From a bacterium (GTDB taxonomy: Bacteria; Zhuqueibacterota; Zhuqueibacteria; Residuimicrobiales; Krinioviventaceae), in assembly GCA_963675755.2 (NCBI GenBank), contig CAXXMD010000003.1, forward strand, positions 1,856,001-1,920,000: a stretch of DNA of 64,000 nt, given 5' to 3'. Positions 20,486 through 32,216 of the stretch are shown in pieces (within the stretch, counting starts at the first letter, position 1; each line of letters starts with the position of its first letter). The position numbers and the translations under genes are program-made. The notes below the pieces were generated by a model, which searched no databases, was not told where the DNA came from, and saw only the letters and a program-made list of their open reading frames with translations.

Positions 20486-21562
20486 TTACTTGGGGGCTTT
20501 GATCAGTGTAATGATTCCACCAATTCCAAAGATGATATTGGCAATCCAGGCCGCGAAAAATGGAGATATATGTCCGTTATGTCCCAGGGTTTGAAACGTT
20601 TTTACGATGCCGAAATAGATAAAACAAATTGCAAGGCTTATGCCAAATCCGGTCATGGCACTGCCTCTGCGTTTGTGTGAAGCCAGAGGAGCACCAAACA
20701 AAACAATGATAAAGCTGGCAAAGGGAATAGATAGTTTCAGATAGAGATCGACCATCCAACGGTTGGTATCTCCGCCATTTAATTTCACTTTTTCAATAAA
20801 TTCTTTGAGTTCTGCAAAAGACATTTCTTCAGCTTTTTTCAAGACCTTGGAAAGCTCTGCAGGTGTTAGGGAGAAATTTGTCAGAATTTTTTCTGAAAAA
20901 GGTTGGGCAACTTCCTGGTCCGACACAAATTCACGTTCATACCCATCATATAAAATCCAAACACTGTCAGACCACACCATTTTTCTGGCATCAATTCGTT
21001 TGGCCAGAGTTTCACCCTTGAATTCTTTGATGCTGACCTTGTCGCCAGAGTTTTTCGATGCATAAAAGTGTAATATGCTGATCTGTTTTCCGGATGGATC
21101 TTTCATATATACATTGTCTATGCGGGTTCGCCAGAGCTGTTTGTCCTTTTCAATATATTCGTTGTTGATGATTTCTCGTTTTTCAGTAGCTCGTGGCATG
21201 ACATATTCGGAAAAAGCCAGAGAACCCAGACTTGTTAAAAACGCGATTATAAACACCGGCAAGAGAATTCTGTTCAAAGACATACCGGCGGCTTTCATAA
21301 CAATAATCTCGTTTCTTCGTGCCATATTACCAAGGCTGAACAGGCTGGCAAGCAGCATGGCAATGGGAAGGGTAAGCACAATATAATAGGGTATGGTATA
21401 GAGATAATACAATCCAATTATATATTTGGGCACATCGCTGCCAATAAAATTGTCCATTTTTTCTACAAGATCAACCACAACAAACAGGGTGATAAAGGCA
21501 AGCAGAGCAAATAAAACAATGCCGATAAACTGGCGGGATATATATCGATCAAGAATTTTCAT
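20486..21562 (-). CDS. lptG: LPS export ABC transporter permease LptG
   Basis: MKILDRYI, LPIAMLLASL, NEIIVMKAAG.S, K...PFA, AAWIANIIF. Confidence 0.9.
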   Translation of the reverse strand: MKILDRYISRQFIGIVLFALLAFITLFVVVDLVEKMDNFIGSDVPKYIIGLYYLYTIPYYIVLTLPIAMLLASLFSLGNMARRNEIIVMKAAGMSLNRILLPVFIIAFLTSLGSLAFSEYVMPRATEKREIINNEYIEKDKQLWRTRIDNVYMKDPSGKQISILHFYASKNSGDKVSIKEFKGETLAKRIDARKMVWSDSVWILYDGYEREFVSDQEVAQPFSEKILTNFSLTPAELSKVLKKAEEMSFAELKEFIEKVKLNGGDTNRWMVDLYLKLSIPFASFIIVLFGAPLASHKRRGSAMTGFGISLAICFIYFGIVKTFQTLGHNGHISPFFAAWIANIIFGIGGIITLIKAPK

Positions 21563-22986
21563 GCCTGTTGTGTCTTTCTCTTTTTGGATTTATATAGCCG
21601 TTTAAACAGAGCGGGTATGGCAGTCCAGTTAATAAAAGTCGCTTCATGGATGGAATGCACAACCAGGTAAACTCCTCCGGCCCCAACAATGATATTGGCA
21701 AGCCACATGGCCATAAAGGGAGAAATGAGTTTATTGTCTGCTAGTTCCTCGCCGCCAATAAGTGAAACCCAATAGATCAAAAAGAAAGTAAAGCTGATAC
21801 CGCCCGCAACAGCCATATTGCCCTTACGGGCCATAATGCCCAGTGGAGCACCTACCAGTACAAAAACAATACAGGCAAAGGGGATGGAATATTTTTTATG
21901 GACTTCTACCATTAATTTATAATTGCTTCGTTCAAGATTGTTGACAATGTTCATTTCTGCAGTGATTTGTCTTTTCAGGTTTATATTGTCCTGTTTGATT
22001 TTGTTTAATCGACCTTCCGGAGACAAGGGCCTCACCCTGTGCTTGATCAAAGGATTATTCGGAACCGGTGGCGCCATGGGATCTGTTACGCCGTCAAGCT
22101 CCAGGGGAACCTGCTTTTCAAAGTAATTGGTAATCAGATTGTCAACCCGGTTATAGCGTTCTTTTATCATTTCATTATTTTGGCGGACCTCATCCATCAT
22201 CATTTGCGCACTTTTTTCACGGTCACCCCTGTGTTCACTTGAGCTGCGTTCAAGCGACATTCCGGGTATTTCGATGGTTAATCTCTGCTGCGGAAAGGTC
22301 AACCGGGTGTATTTTTCCATGGTTTTAAGGTCTAATTCATGCATTTCACCGTCATAAAGTTCCATAACCAGGTGCGCAGAAGCAGGATTGGCAAAGATTT
22401 TGCCACTCTTACTAAAGATATATTTGCTCTTTTCTTTTTCGCGATTGTCTTCAATCCAAATGGATTTGACATAGGCAGTATCCTGAGTTTCTTCTAGACT
22501 TTGTACCAGAATGTTAATATCAGGAATGTCTTTCATTACCACGCCGGCTTCCAGGTTGAGTGTAGGCCGTTTGCGGGCAATATCGTTTGCCAGCAGGCGG
22601 GTCCGGTGATTGAATTCGGGTAAAACATGATTGTTGAACCAGATTAGCGAAAGGGCTAAAACTATTGAGGCAATGACAACCGGCATGATCATGTGAATAA
22701 TACTGATTCCGCCCGCTTTCATGGCAATGATTTCACTGTCTCCTGAAAGGCGTCCAAAAGCCATTAGCGTGGCTACCAGTACTGCCATAGGCACAGCAAG
22801 TGCTATGATCCAGGCCATGTTGAGGAAAAAGAATTCAAGAATCAGACTGAATTCAAGCCCTTTGCTGAGAATCCGGCCCAATTCGCGGAACACCAGGTTC
22901 ATAAGAAAGACCAGTGTGATAATGCTCATGGCAAAAAGAAAAGGCCCAACATGTTCTTTTAATATATATCGCCAAAGTATAAACAC
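21559..22986 (-). CDS. lptF: LPS export ABC transporter permease LptF
   Basis: ILWRYILKE...PF, PMAVLVATLMAFGRLSGDSEIIAMKAGG, VEVHKKYSIPFAC. GTG start; overlaps lptG. Confidence 0.9.
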   Translation of the reverse strand: MFILWRYILKEHVGPFLFAMSIITLVFLMNLVFRELGRILSKGLEFSLILEFFFLNMAWIIALAVPMAVLVATLMAFGRLSGDSEIIAMKAGGISIIHMIMPVVIASIVLALSLIWFNNHVLPEFNHRTRLLANDIARKRPTLNLEAGVVMKDIPDINILVQSLEETQDTAYVKSIWIEDNREKEKSKYIFSKSGKIFANPASAHLVMELYDGEMHELDLKTMEKYTRLTFPQQRLTIEIPGMSLERSSSEHRGDREKSAQMMMDEVRQNNEMIKERYNRVDNLITNYFEKQVPLELDGVTDPMAPPVPNNPLIKHRVRPLSPEGRLNKIKQDNINLKRQITAEMNIVNNLERSNYKLMVEVHKKYSIPFACIVFVLVGAPLGIMARKGNMAVAGGISFTFFLIYWVSLIGGEELADNKLISPFMAMWLANIIVGAGGVYLVVHSIHEATFINWTAIPALFKRLYKSKKRKTQQA

Positions 22987-23017
22987 GGTTTATCCGATAA
23001 TAAAATCAAGAAATTGA

Positions 23018-23046
23018 TTGATAAAATTGCATTAATTAACTATATT
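23018..23046 (+). promoter_or_regulatory. Putative sigma70-type promoter upstream of sprA
   Basis: TTGATA (23018-23023), 17 nt, TATATT (23041-23046). Confidence 0.45.
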
Positions 23047-23309
23047 TGTGTTCCTGTTGCTTTTTTTGAAAAAACTTTATTATTTTCGGGAACTATTGCA
23101 CAGGAACAAACGATAAAATATAAGCAATTGTGCTCAAGATTACAATTTATTATATGACGAAAATATATATTTGTTCTAAAATTAAATCACAACAGCAAAA
23201 TACTGTTATGTTGGACCAAAGAGGGAGAGGCTTATAGACATTCGTTAGGTTACGGTTTTTTTTAATTCATTAGAGTGATTAACGAACAGACTCACCTGAT
23301 TGTAAGCAC

Positions 23310-26300
23310 ATGGTTCTTTTTATTAACAGGGTCAGAGCGCAGGGGCCTAAACCTGCTATTATATTGCTGTTGTGGATTGGTATGTTCCTTCCATCCCTAT
23401 TACAAGCTCAAGAGACCTATCAAAATCCTGCTTTAGGTATACAGCTCCCGGAACATTGGGACCCGTTGGTGGATATTATTGCCGAAAAACCATTCATGGG
23501 TCTACATATGAATGGTGCGCGTACGCCTATTAGACCCCTGAGTAAATCATTGGGGGGAAGTGTCAAGCGTGAAGTTGAGATTGATTCCACGGGGCAGAAT
23601 GTCAATATTACTGAAAAAATGGGTAATATGGATTTTAACCTGGGAAATTTTTTAACGCTTGAACAATATGTTGAAACACGGCGTCTTTACGAGTTGAAAG
23701 AAAGCTGGCTGCAATCATCTGTAAGCAGTTTGTCAGCAACATCCAGGCGCAGCGGCGGAAGTGCCGGATTCCGTATCGATATACCGGTTGAGATCAAGAG
23801 TAAAGCTTTTCAACAGATCTTTGGTAGCGGTACCGTAGGTTTGGATGTTAGCGGAGAGATCAACATCAAGGGCGGGTTTAGAAACGAAGACCGTTCCGAA
23901 GTAAAAAGCGCATTGAATCGTGGTTCAGACAATAGCTTTAAAATGGAACAAACCCAGCGGTTCAAAGTACAGGGGCATATTGGAGACAAGGTAACAATTG
24001 GTATTGACCAGGACTCTGAACGTACTTTTGATTTTGATAACAATATAAAACTGAAATATGAAGGCTATGAAGACGAGATTATCCAGTCTATTGAGGCTGG
24101 TAATATAGCCCTTTCCTTACCGGGAACAAAGTTTGTGACCTTTGGCGGCCAGAGTAATGGTTTGTTTGGTATTAAAACCGAAGCCACTATTGGTGCTTTG
24201 AAATTAACTGCCATTGCAAGCCAGGAAAAAGGCGAGAAAAAACGGCTTGAATTGAGCGGTGGTGCTACTGCTGAAGCTTCCGATATTCAAGACTATCAGT
24301 ACAAAACCGGTGTGTATTATTTTGTTAGTGAAATTTACAGAGAGCAGTATAAAACCCGAACAGCCCAGGGGGGCTTGACTTATAATCCCGCTTTCGAGAT
24401 CACCGAATTTGAACTCTATGTGTCTGGTACCAACTATGAAGCTGGTAGAACAGAATCTGTGGCAGGTGTCGCCAAAGTTATACCTGATTCCGTATCAACA
24501 TCTCTTGACCAATATCATCCTGAAGCGGATAGGGATAAATACAGGGGCTTTTTTGTCAGACTGGAAAAAAACCAGGATTATACTTTTGATGAACAATTGG
24601 GTTTCATTCGGCTGAATCAGCGGTTGAGTGATGATCAGGTGCTGGGTATTGCTTATAAAGATAATTCAGGTGGCGAATGGGGTTCTTTGAATTTTGATCC
24701 CGAAGAGTCTGATACACTGTATGTGCGTATGATCAAAAATAAAGATCCACGCCCTGCAGACAAGACCTGGGACCTGGAGTGGAAAAACGTTTATGACTTT
24801 GGTCGCGGCACCACACAAGACGGCTTTGAAATGAAGATTTTCTATAAACCTTCATCGGGTGTTGATCAGGAAACAGTAGAGTTGAAGGATGGTACCACCA
24901 TGACCTGGCTGCAGTTCTTTGGTTTGGATAAATATGATGAAAACGGTGATGCCAATCCGGATAACAAAGTGGACATGAATGACGCCCTTATCAGCTTTAC
25001 TACCGGCGAAGTCTTTTTCCCGGATTTGAGGCCGTTTGATCCTACTCGAGAAGAGAATACGGATATGTACGCTTTACTTAAAGATGATATTCGTGACAAG
25101 CTGCTCGAGCCCGAAATTTATGATACAACCGCAACCAATGTGATCAATTCAAACAGCAACTTTTATATTCAGGTGAATTCGCAGACCAGCAGTTCAGAAT
25201 ACAGTCTGGGTATGAATGTGATTGAAAATTCAGAAGAAGTATGCTGAACGGAGTCAAGCAGAACCGCGGGTCTGATTATACCATTGACTATTTCTCAGGT
25301 CGATTAATGATCTTGAATGATGCTGCGTTGGCGGCAAACGCCAATCTCGAAATTTCTTATGAGAGCAATCAGCTCTTTCAGATCGACAAAAAGACCGTTA
25401 TGGGTTTGCGCGCGGAATATGGTTTGTGGGACGATAGTTTTATTGGCGCAACCTTTTTATACCTGAGTGAAAACACTCTGGACCAAAAAGTTAGAGTAGG
25501 CAAGGGCCCCATGCGCAATATGGTTTGGGACGTAAATACCTCTCTTTCTTTTAAACCCTTTTTTCTTACCCGTTTTGCCAACTTTTTACCGTTTGTAGAT
25601 ACGCGTGAACAGTCTACTTTGAAATTTGATGGTGAAATTGCCCAGATTATTCCAAATCCCAATACACGTAACAATGATCTGACAGGTGACACGGACGGTG
25701 TAGCTTATATTGACGATTTTGAAGCATCCAAACGTGAAACTCCCATTGGAATTACCCACCAGAGCTGGGAGTTTTGTTCTCCTCCGGTTGGAAAGTTTGA
25801 TTATGGTACACCGGATTTGCGTGAGCGCGCAAGTATGTACTATTATACACCTTATGCTGCTTATCCCATGAAGTATATATGGCCGAACCGAGACCAGAAT
25901 ACCAATGTGAACAATAGTCTCAATATTTTAAATCTGGTATATGACGCGCCAGACAGTGCGGCTGCATTGGAAAATTATTGGAACGGTATTATGAAAGGTC
26001 TGTCATCCGGTTATTCTGACCAGACTGAAACAAAATTTCTAGAGATCTGGGTCAAGGTTGACTCTACTTTTAAAACAACGGGTAATGCTACCATGCATAT
26101 TGACATGGGTCAGATCTCTGAAGATATTATTCCAAATAACAAGTATGATACTGAAGATATTGCCGAAGGTGCAATTGACGGCAAGGGCGGTATTCGTAAT
26201 GGTTTGCTGGATGAAGGTGAAGATGTGGGCCTTGATGGAATGAGTGATTCCTATGCTATTAATTTAAATCTTCCGGGAGTTGATCAGGACTGGTGGGATC

Positions 26301-29300
26301 TTAATGGAGATAATATAAAAGATCCTGGTGAACCCTGGAGTAATGATAACTGGCGCAATGTACCGGATATTAATAATACCAAAGAACCCACAGACTATAA
26401 ATATATAGATGGTACGGAAAACAATGAGAATGATGGTGTTCGCGAACCCGACAGTGAGGATTTGAACGGTAATGGTGGCTTGGATATTGATAATAATTAT
26501 TTTTCTTATTCTTTTTCATTGAATCGAAACCATCCCGATACCAGTTTGATAGCCGGTAAGAGTATTGATAATGATACCGGTGATGACTGGGGTTGGCGTA
26601 TGTATAGAATACCTATACAGGCTCAAGAACCCGTTATGTCTATTATTGGAAATCCGGATCTGTCCTTGATTGAATATATGCGTATCTGGGTTGACGGATT
26701 TAATACTCCGGGTCGTCATGTGATCCAGATTGCGGAAATTAACCTGGTGAGCAGCGACTGGAAAGAACAGGGTTTGGCTGTTTATACTAATCCGGACTCA
26801 TTTGATGTGGACCAGGATTCTACCGTAACAGTTACTGTTGTTAATACACACGACAATCCGGAATACGATGCACCTCCGGGTGTACAGGGTGAAGTTGATC
26901 AGATAACCCAGGTTATTGCCAAAGAGCAATCCCTTGTAATGCGGGTAACAGATTTAAAACCCGGTTATATTGGTGGTATTGAAAAAACATTTTATGAAGC
27001 CCAGAGTTATATCAACTATAAAACCTTAAAAATGTTTATTTACGGTTATGACTATTCAGCCAGACATATAGGGGCAGACTCTACCAATATTGAGGTCTAT
27101 CTGCGAATGGGGGCTGATGAGAACAACTATTATGAAATCCGGCAACCTGTATACGAGGGCTGGAAAAAGAACAATATGGAAGTGGATCTGATAGCGCTTT
27201 CGCAATTAAAAGTTACCGCTGACACATCTTATACAGATCCGAATAATGTGAATATTACTATACGGGAAAAGAACATCGGAAGCGGGGTGGTCTGGAAACT
27301 AAAGGGTAACCCGGCCCTGACAAAGATACGTATGCTTTCTGCTGGTGTGGAAAATAAACATTGGACTGAAAATAGTGATGGGCAGGATTACGGACTTTTT
27401 ACCGGTGAGATCTGGTTGAATGAATTGCGTTTATCTAATGTGAAAAAAGATAAAGGTATGGCTATGCGTGGTCAGGTAGCTTTTAAACTGGCCGATCTTG
27501 TAACAGTGAACGCGGAAATGAACAAAATGGATGCTGATTTCCATAATGTTCAGGAGCGGTTCGGTTCCGGAGATAATGAGATCAGTGGTAACATTAGTAC
27601 TACGGTCCAGTTGGGTAATTTTATGCCATCCAAATTGGGTCTTCGAATGCCTGTCACGGTTACTTATTCCAAGAGTGAAGAGTCTCCCAAGTATATTCCG
27701 GGTACGGATATTGAAGTAAATAATGATTTGCCACAGGCAACCCTGGACTCGATCAAGACAATCAGCGAGCGCAAAGGTATGAATGTGTCTTTTGGTATCA
27801 ATTCCCGCTCCAAGAATTTTATGGTCAAGCATATTGTTACGCCATTAAAGGTTACATATAGCCGTAACGAGACATTCAGCAAAAACGCGAGCACAGAACA
27901 TGCAAACAATACCTCAGAATCGGGTAGTGTGACCTGGGGGCTCACGTTTGGTCAGAACAATTATGTTAAGCCTATGAAATGGCTGGGTACGTCTCCGTTA
28001 TTGATGAAATTGGCGGATATGAAGTTGTATTTCAGTCCTAAAACCATTACAACGTCTCATGCAAGTTCACGCAACAAGAACAACACTTTGACCTATTCGG
28101 GAGTGAGTACTAAGAACGGTACGTTTGTAATGTCGCGCAAGTATGCCATGACCATGAATATTACAGACTCGTGGTCATACGATATAAACCGTTCATATAC
28201 CCATGATCTGCGTGGTGTGAATATGGATACATTACAGATCATGCTGCAGGAATGGAAATGGGGTTTGTTGACCAATGTAGACAACTCTTTTAATATGAAG
28301 TTTAACCCCAAGATTTTTTCATGGTTTACAACAAACTTTACATACAATACAACATTTAAATATGGTTACAATAAACAACAGGCCCTGGCTCCACGCAGTG
28401 CAAGTCAGAACAGGACCTTGTCTGCAAGTGGAGATCTAACATTAAGCACGCTTGCCAATTCTATTTACAAGCCGGGTGGTGGTAATAACCGTAACAGAAA
28501 ATCAGGCGGTGCGCGTGCAGCCCGGCCAAAACCGGCTAATGGAGAAGAGCCCAAAGAGGAAGAAAAAGAAGGTAGAACTATAAATATTGATGTGATGAAA
28601 TTGACTGCCGGATTTTTGAATGTGTTTGAACCCTTTAGAATTTCTTATAACACAAGAGATAATGTATCTGAGTATGGTTTAGCGGGTATGCCAACTCTGA
28701 GTTACCAGTTTGGAATTTCAGACACAACCGGAGCAGGTATTGAGGAGGCTTTGCTGAGCGGTGAAGGAAGTACCTCCAGTTTTAACCGTGGCTCAAGTAG
28801 TGAATCCAAAAGCACCAGCGTGAATTCCGGATTAAAGCTGAGTAGAAATATGACATTTCGATTCAAGTATGATCAGAACTCAAGCTTGAACACCAGCAGC
28901 AAAACCACAACTGGTCAGCGTAGTAACAGTTATTATAAAGATGTTGGCGGGCCTTTTCCGGGTTGGACAGTATCTGTAAAAGGATTTGAAAAGTTACCAT
29001 TTGTTAAAGACTATTTTACGCGTGTAACCCTTGATCACAACTTTACCGGCTCTACCGGTGAAACTTTTGATGTAGAAGCAGATACTAATGGTGTGATGCG
29101 TGAAAATATCACTAAAGAAGATATGGATAACAGTTTCAGACCGTTGATTGGTGTTACCATGGCCATGAAAAATGGTATTTCTTTGAATTTCAAATACAAT
29201 ACTTCTGACAAACAGTTGATCAACAGATCGTATAGTCAGACAATCAAGAAAACAATTTCAGATGATATTTCAGTAACCGCAACTTATTCAAAACGTGGTA

Positions 29301-29596
29301 ACTTTAAAATACCTCTGCCATTCTTTGGTAACAAACGGTTAAAAAATAATATAGATATCTCTTTGACCTACTCTCAAAGTTTGAACAAGCAGGATGATAG
29401 TAAAAACGGTATCAACTTTACAACGACTTCGGAAACAAGCAAGTGGATGTTGAAACCGGATGTAAATTACAGTTTCAGTGACAAGGTACGCGGTGGATTG
29501 TTCTTTGAGGTCGGTAAAACGCACAACAAGTTGCTGGGTGATACCTCTTATAAAGAATTGGGTATAACCGTTAATATTGCTATTCGTGGTAACTAG
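23310..29596 (+). CDS. sprA: T9SS outer-membrane translocon SprA/Sov homolog (about 2,095 aa), split into two ORFs by a single-base frameshift near 25240
   Basis: SprA-like motifs V.G.IGDKV.I..DQDSER.FDFDNNIKLKYEG.EDEIIQSIEAGNI, GLFGIK, W.LEWKNVY, G.DYTIDYFSG, AYIDDFE, IW.NELRL and a C-terminal beta-barrel. Adding one base at GAA GAA GT(A) ATG CTG AAC GGA joins the two frames. Confidence 0.88.
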
Positions 29597-29610
29597 GTAT
29601 TGGTTTGTTT

Positions 29611-30504
29611 ATGAAAAAGTTGATTATAATCATTATATCGAGCTTGACAATGTCTGTATTCGGACAGGTACCCTATTTTGATAAAGATCGTTCTTTTGAT
29701 ATGCTGGTAAAACAATGCGATTTTGGTCCCAGGGTACCGGGAACACCGGAACATAAGCAATGTCTTGATTTTCTTACTACGACTATGGAACAATACGCTG
29801 ACCAGGTTATTACCCAGCCCTTTATGTTCTCTTTTGGCGTCCCCGCTAAAACTGTAACCGCTTACAATGTATATGCAAAATTTCAACCGCAAAAGGCCAA
29901 CCGTATTTTACTTTGCGCGCATTGGGATTCCCGTCCCTGGGCAGACCAGGACCCGGATAAAAAGAACCATAATAAACCGGTTATTGGGGCCAATGATGGT
30001 GCGTCAGGCGTTGCGGTTTTATTAGAGATTGCCAGGCTGCTGCACGAGCAGCCCCCGGCTGTAGGTGTTGATATCGTCTTTTTTGACGCCGAAGATGCCG
30101 GTCAGTATAATGATGAAAGCAGTTGGGCGGTAGGTTCTCAAAAATTTGTTCAGGAATTCAGTAACGAATTGTATCCAAGGTATGGCATATTACTCGACCT
30201 GGTTGGCGATGCAGACCTGCAGGTTTACCAGGAAGCCTATTCTGCACAGGTTGCAGGTGCGATTGTAAACCATGTATGGCAAATGGCCTCTAATTTGGGT
30301 TTGAGCAATTTTATACCCAGTGTGAAATTTTCAGTAAACGATGATCATATCGCATTTCTTAGAGCAGGTATACCCTGCATTGATATTATAGATTTTGAAT
30401 ATCCCTATTGGCATACCATTAGTGACACCCCGGACAAATGCAGTCCCGAAAGTTTGGGCAGTATGGGACTGTTGTTAACACACCTCATTTATTCAGAAAA
30501 ATAA
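29611..30504 (+). CDS. M28-family zinc enzyme, glutaminyl-peptide cyclotransferase-like
   Basis: FGPRVPG, AHWDSRP.AD, GANDGASG, FDAED, LLDLVG, DDH, YWHT..DT; signal peptide. Confidence 0.82.
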   Translation: MKKLIIIIISSLTMSVFGQVPYFDKDRSFDMLVKQCDFGPRVPGTPEHKQCLDFLTTTMEQYADQVITQPFMFSFGVPAKTVTAYNVYAKFQPQKANRILLCAHWDSRPWADQDPDKKNHNKPVIGANDGASGVAVLLEIARLLHEQPPAVGVDIVFFDAEDAGQYNDESSWAVGSQKFVQEFSNELYPRYGILLDLVGDADLQVYQEAYSAQVAGAIVNHVWQMASNLGLSNFIPSVKFSVNDDHIAFLRAGIPCIDIIDFEYPYWHTISDTPDKCSPESLGSMGLLLTHLIYSEK

Positions 30505-30576
30505 GTTCATTTTTTCCTTTAAAGTTTTTAAATTAGACTTTATATATAGTAACCTTGAAGGGAAAAGTACGTATAA

Positions 30577-31441
30577 ATGACTCAAAAAACAGATTGGTTT
30601 GAACTGGTTGTCCCGGTGAATGCAGAAATTTCTGATGCTGTCAGCAATTTTCTGTTCGAACAGGGGGCAGCCGGTATTGAAGATAAAGAGCAAAATATTA
30701 AAGCATATTTTTCTGATGCTGTTGATAAAGAATTTTTGCTCACAGAATATAAAAGCATATTATCAATCCCTGGCTGATATGGGATTTACGGTCCCTGATC
30801 AGGAGCTGACCGTATCTGGCATTAAAGACCGTGATTGGAACGCTGAATGGAAGTTGCAATTCAAGCCATTTTGTGTAACGCCACAGGTGATGATTAAGCC
30901 AACATGGTGTGAATTACCGGAAGAACACCCAGAAATAATAATAGAACTTGATCCAGAGATGGCATTTGGCACCGGCACCCATGCTACAACAGCGCTTTGC
31001 GCGAAATTGATTGATGAGCATGTTAAAGATAAAACGGTTCTGGATGCAGGTACAGGCACGGGTATACTTGCTATTATTGCACAGCGGCTGGGCGCAGAAA
31101 AGAGTTTTGCATTTGATATTGATCCCATTGCTTCTGAAACGGCAAGAAAGAATATCGACAAAAACGGTGTTAGTGATATTCATGTGTTTACAGGGACCAC
31201 GCAATCCCTGAAAAATAGAGAACTGGATGTTATTGTAGCAAATATAAACAGCGGTCAAATTTTGAACATTTTACCGCATTTTAATGAATTATTATGTGAA
31301 AAAGGTGTTTTAATTTTATCCGGTATTCTGGACAGTGAAGAAGAAAAGTTGAGAGCAGCTTTAAAACAAAACTGTTTTCAAATTAAACAATTACTGCACA
31401 GAGAAGAGTGGATAGCCTTTGAATGTGTTAAAATCCCGTAA
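30577..31441 (+). CDS. prmA: Ribosomal protein L11 methyltransferase PrmA, split by a one-base frameshift near 30735-30750
   Basis: The N-terminal part (W.EL.V...LFEQGAAGIE) is in one frame. DWNAEWK, LDPEMAFGTGTHATT, VLDAGTGTGILAI, IVANI and LILSGIL are in the +1 frame. Confidence 0.88.
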
Positions 31442-31448
31442 TGGACTA

Positions 31449-32099
31449 ATGAGAAAAATTTATCTAATATTCGGACTGGTATTGATTTTGGGCATTGCTG
31501 TTCAGGCAGCAGACCGAAAAATAACATTGGATAGTTTGAATGTTAATAATGATCAATTGTACATCAGTTATCATATTGATGGATTATTGGACGCAAAAAC
31601 CATTCAGGGTCTTGAAAGGGGGTTAACATCCGAAGTCATTCACAAGATCAGGTTGTGGAAAAGTAAAAAGCTGTTTAGCTCAATTAGTACTGAAAAAGTA
31701 TTAACAGTTAAAATTTTATACGACAATTGGGAAGATAAATTCAGAATTGTGACTGATGATGAAAATCGATTAACATCGCAGGTGCAAACTGTCAGGGATA
31801 TGAGTTCTTTGATCAGGAATTATATGATTATACCGGTTGAAGAGCTGGAGTCTGATACAAAATATTATATCAGCATCCAAACCACATTGAAACCCGTTTC
31901 GGCTGAAACTTATCATGAATTGAGCGAGTGGCTCTCTGGCCCCTCAAGGATAGATGACAAAGAAAAGCCAAAAAAAAGCGGGCAAAATCGTATTTTTGAT
32001 GTATTTATGAATGTTTTGGGGTTTGGGGAGACTGAATTAAAATTCAAATCAGAAAATTTCTTTTATAAAGAGAATAATACCATTCAATTTATGCAATAA
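31449..32099 (+). CDS. DUF4390-like exported protein
   Basis: Signal peptide; ..I..L..G....V...I.L...K......YDNWED.F pattern resembles DUF4390. Confidence 0.6.
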   Translation: MRKIYLIFGLVLILGIAVQAADRKITLDSLNVNNDQLYISYHIDGLLDAKTIQGLERGLTSEVIHKIRLWKSKKLFSSISTEKVLTVKILYDNWEDKFRIVTDDENRLTSQVQTVRDMSSLIRNYMIIPVEELESDTKYYISIQTTLKPVSAETYHELSEWLSGPSRIDDKEKPKKSGQNRIFDVFMNVLGFGETELKFKSENFFYKENNTIQFMQ

Positions 32100-32216
32100 T
32101 GTGACCTATAGCATTTTTTTTTCTTACAGATTTACTAACTTGAAACGGAATTAACAACGACCCAAAAATGTTTGCATTTATGGGTTACTAATATTCTAAC
32201 AAAATGGAGAGTTGCA

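Noticed and set aside
23049-23108. 9-bp inverted repeat TGTTCCTGT/ACAGGAACA in the long sprA leader; possible riboswitch
   Set aside because: The 42-nt spacer is AT-rich, there is no recognisable aptamer motif, and it could be chance; insufficient support.
25225-30760. Programmed frameshifting or phase variation in sprA and prmA
   Set aside because: Neither junction has a canonical slippery heptamer, long homopolymer or simple-sequence repeat; sequencing indels are more parsimonious.
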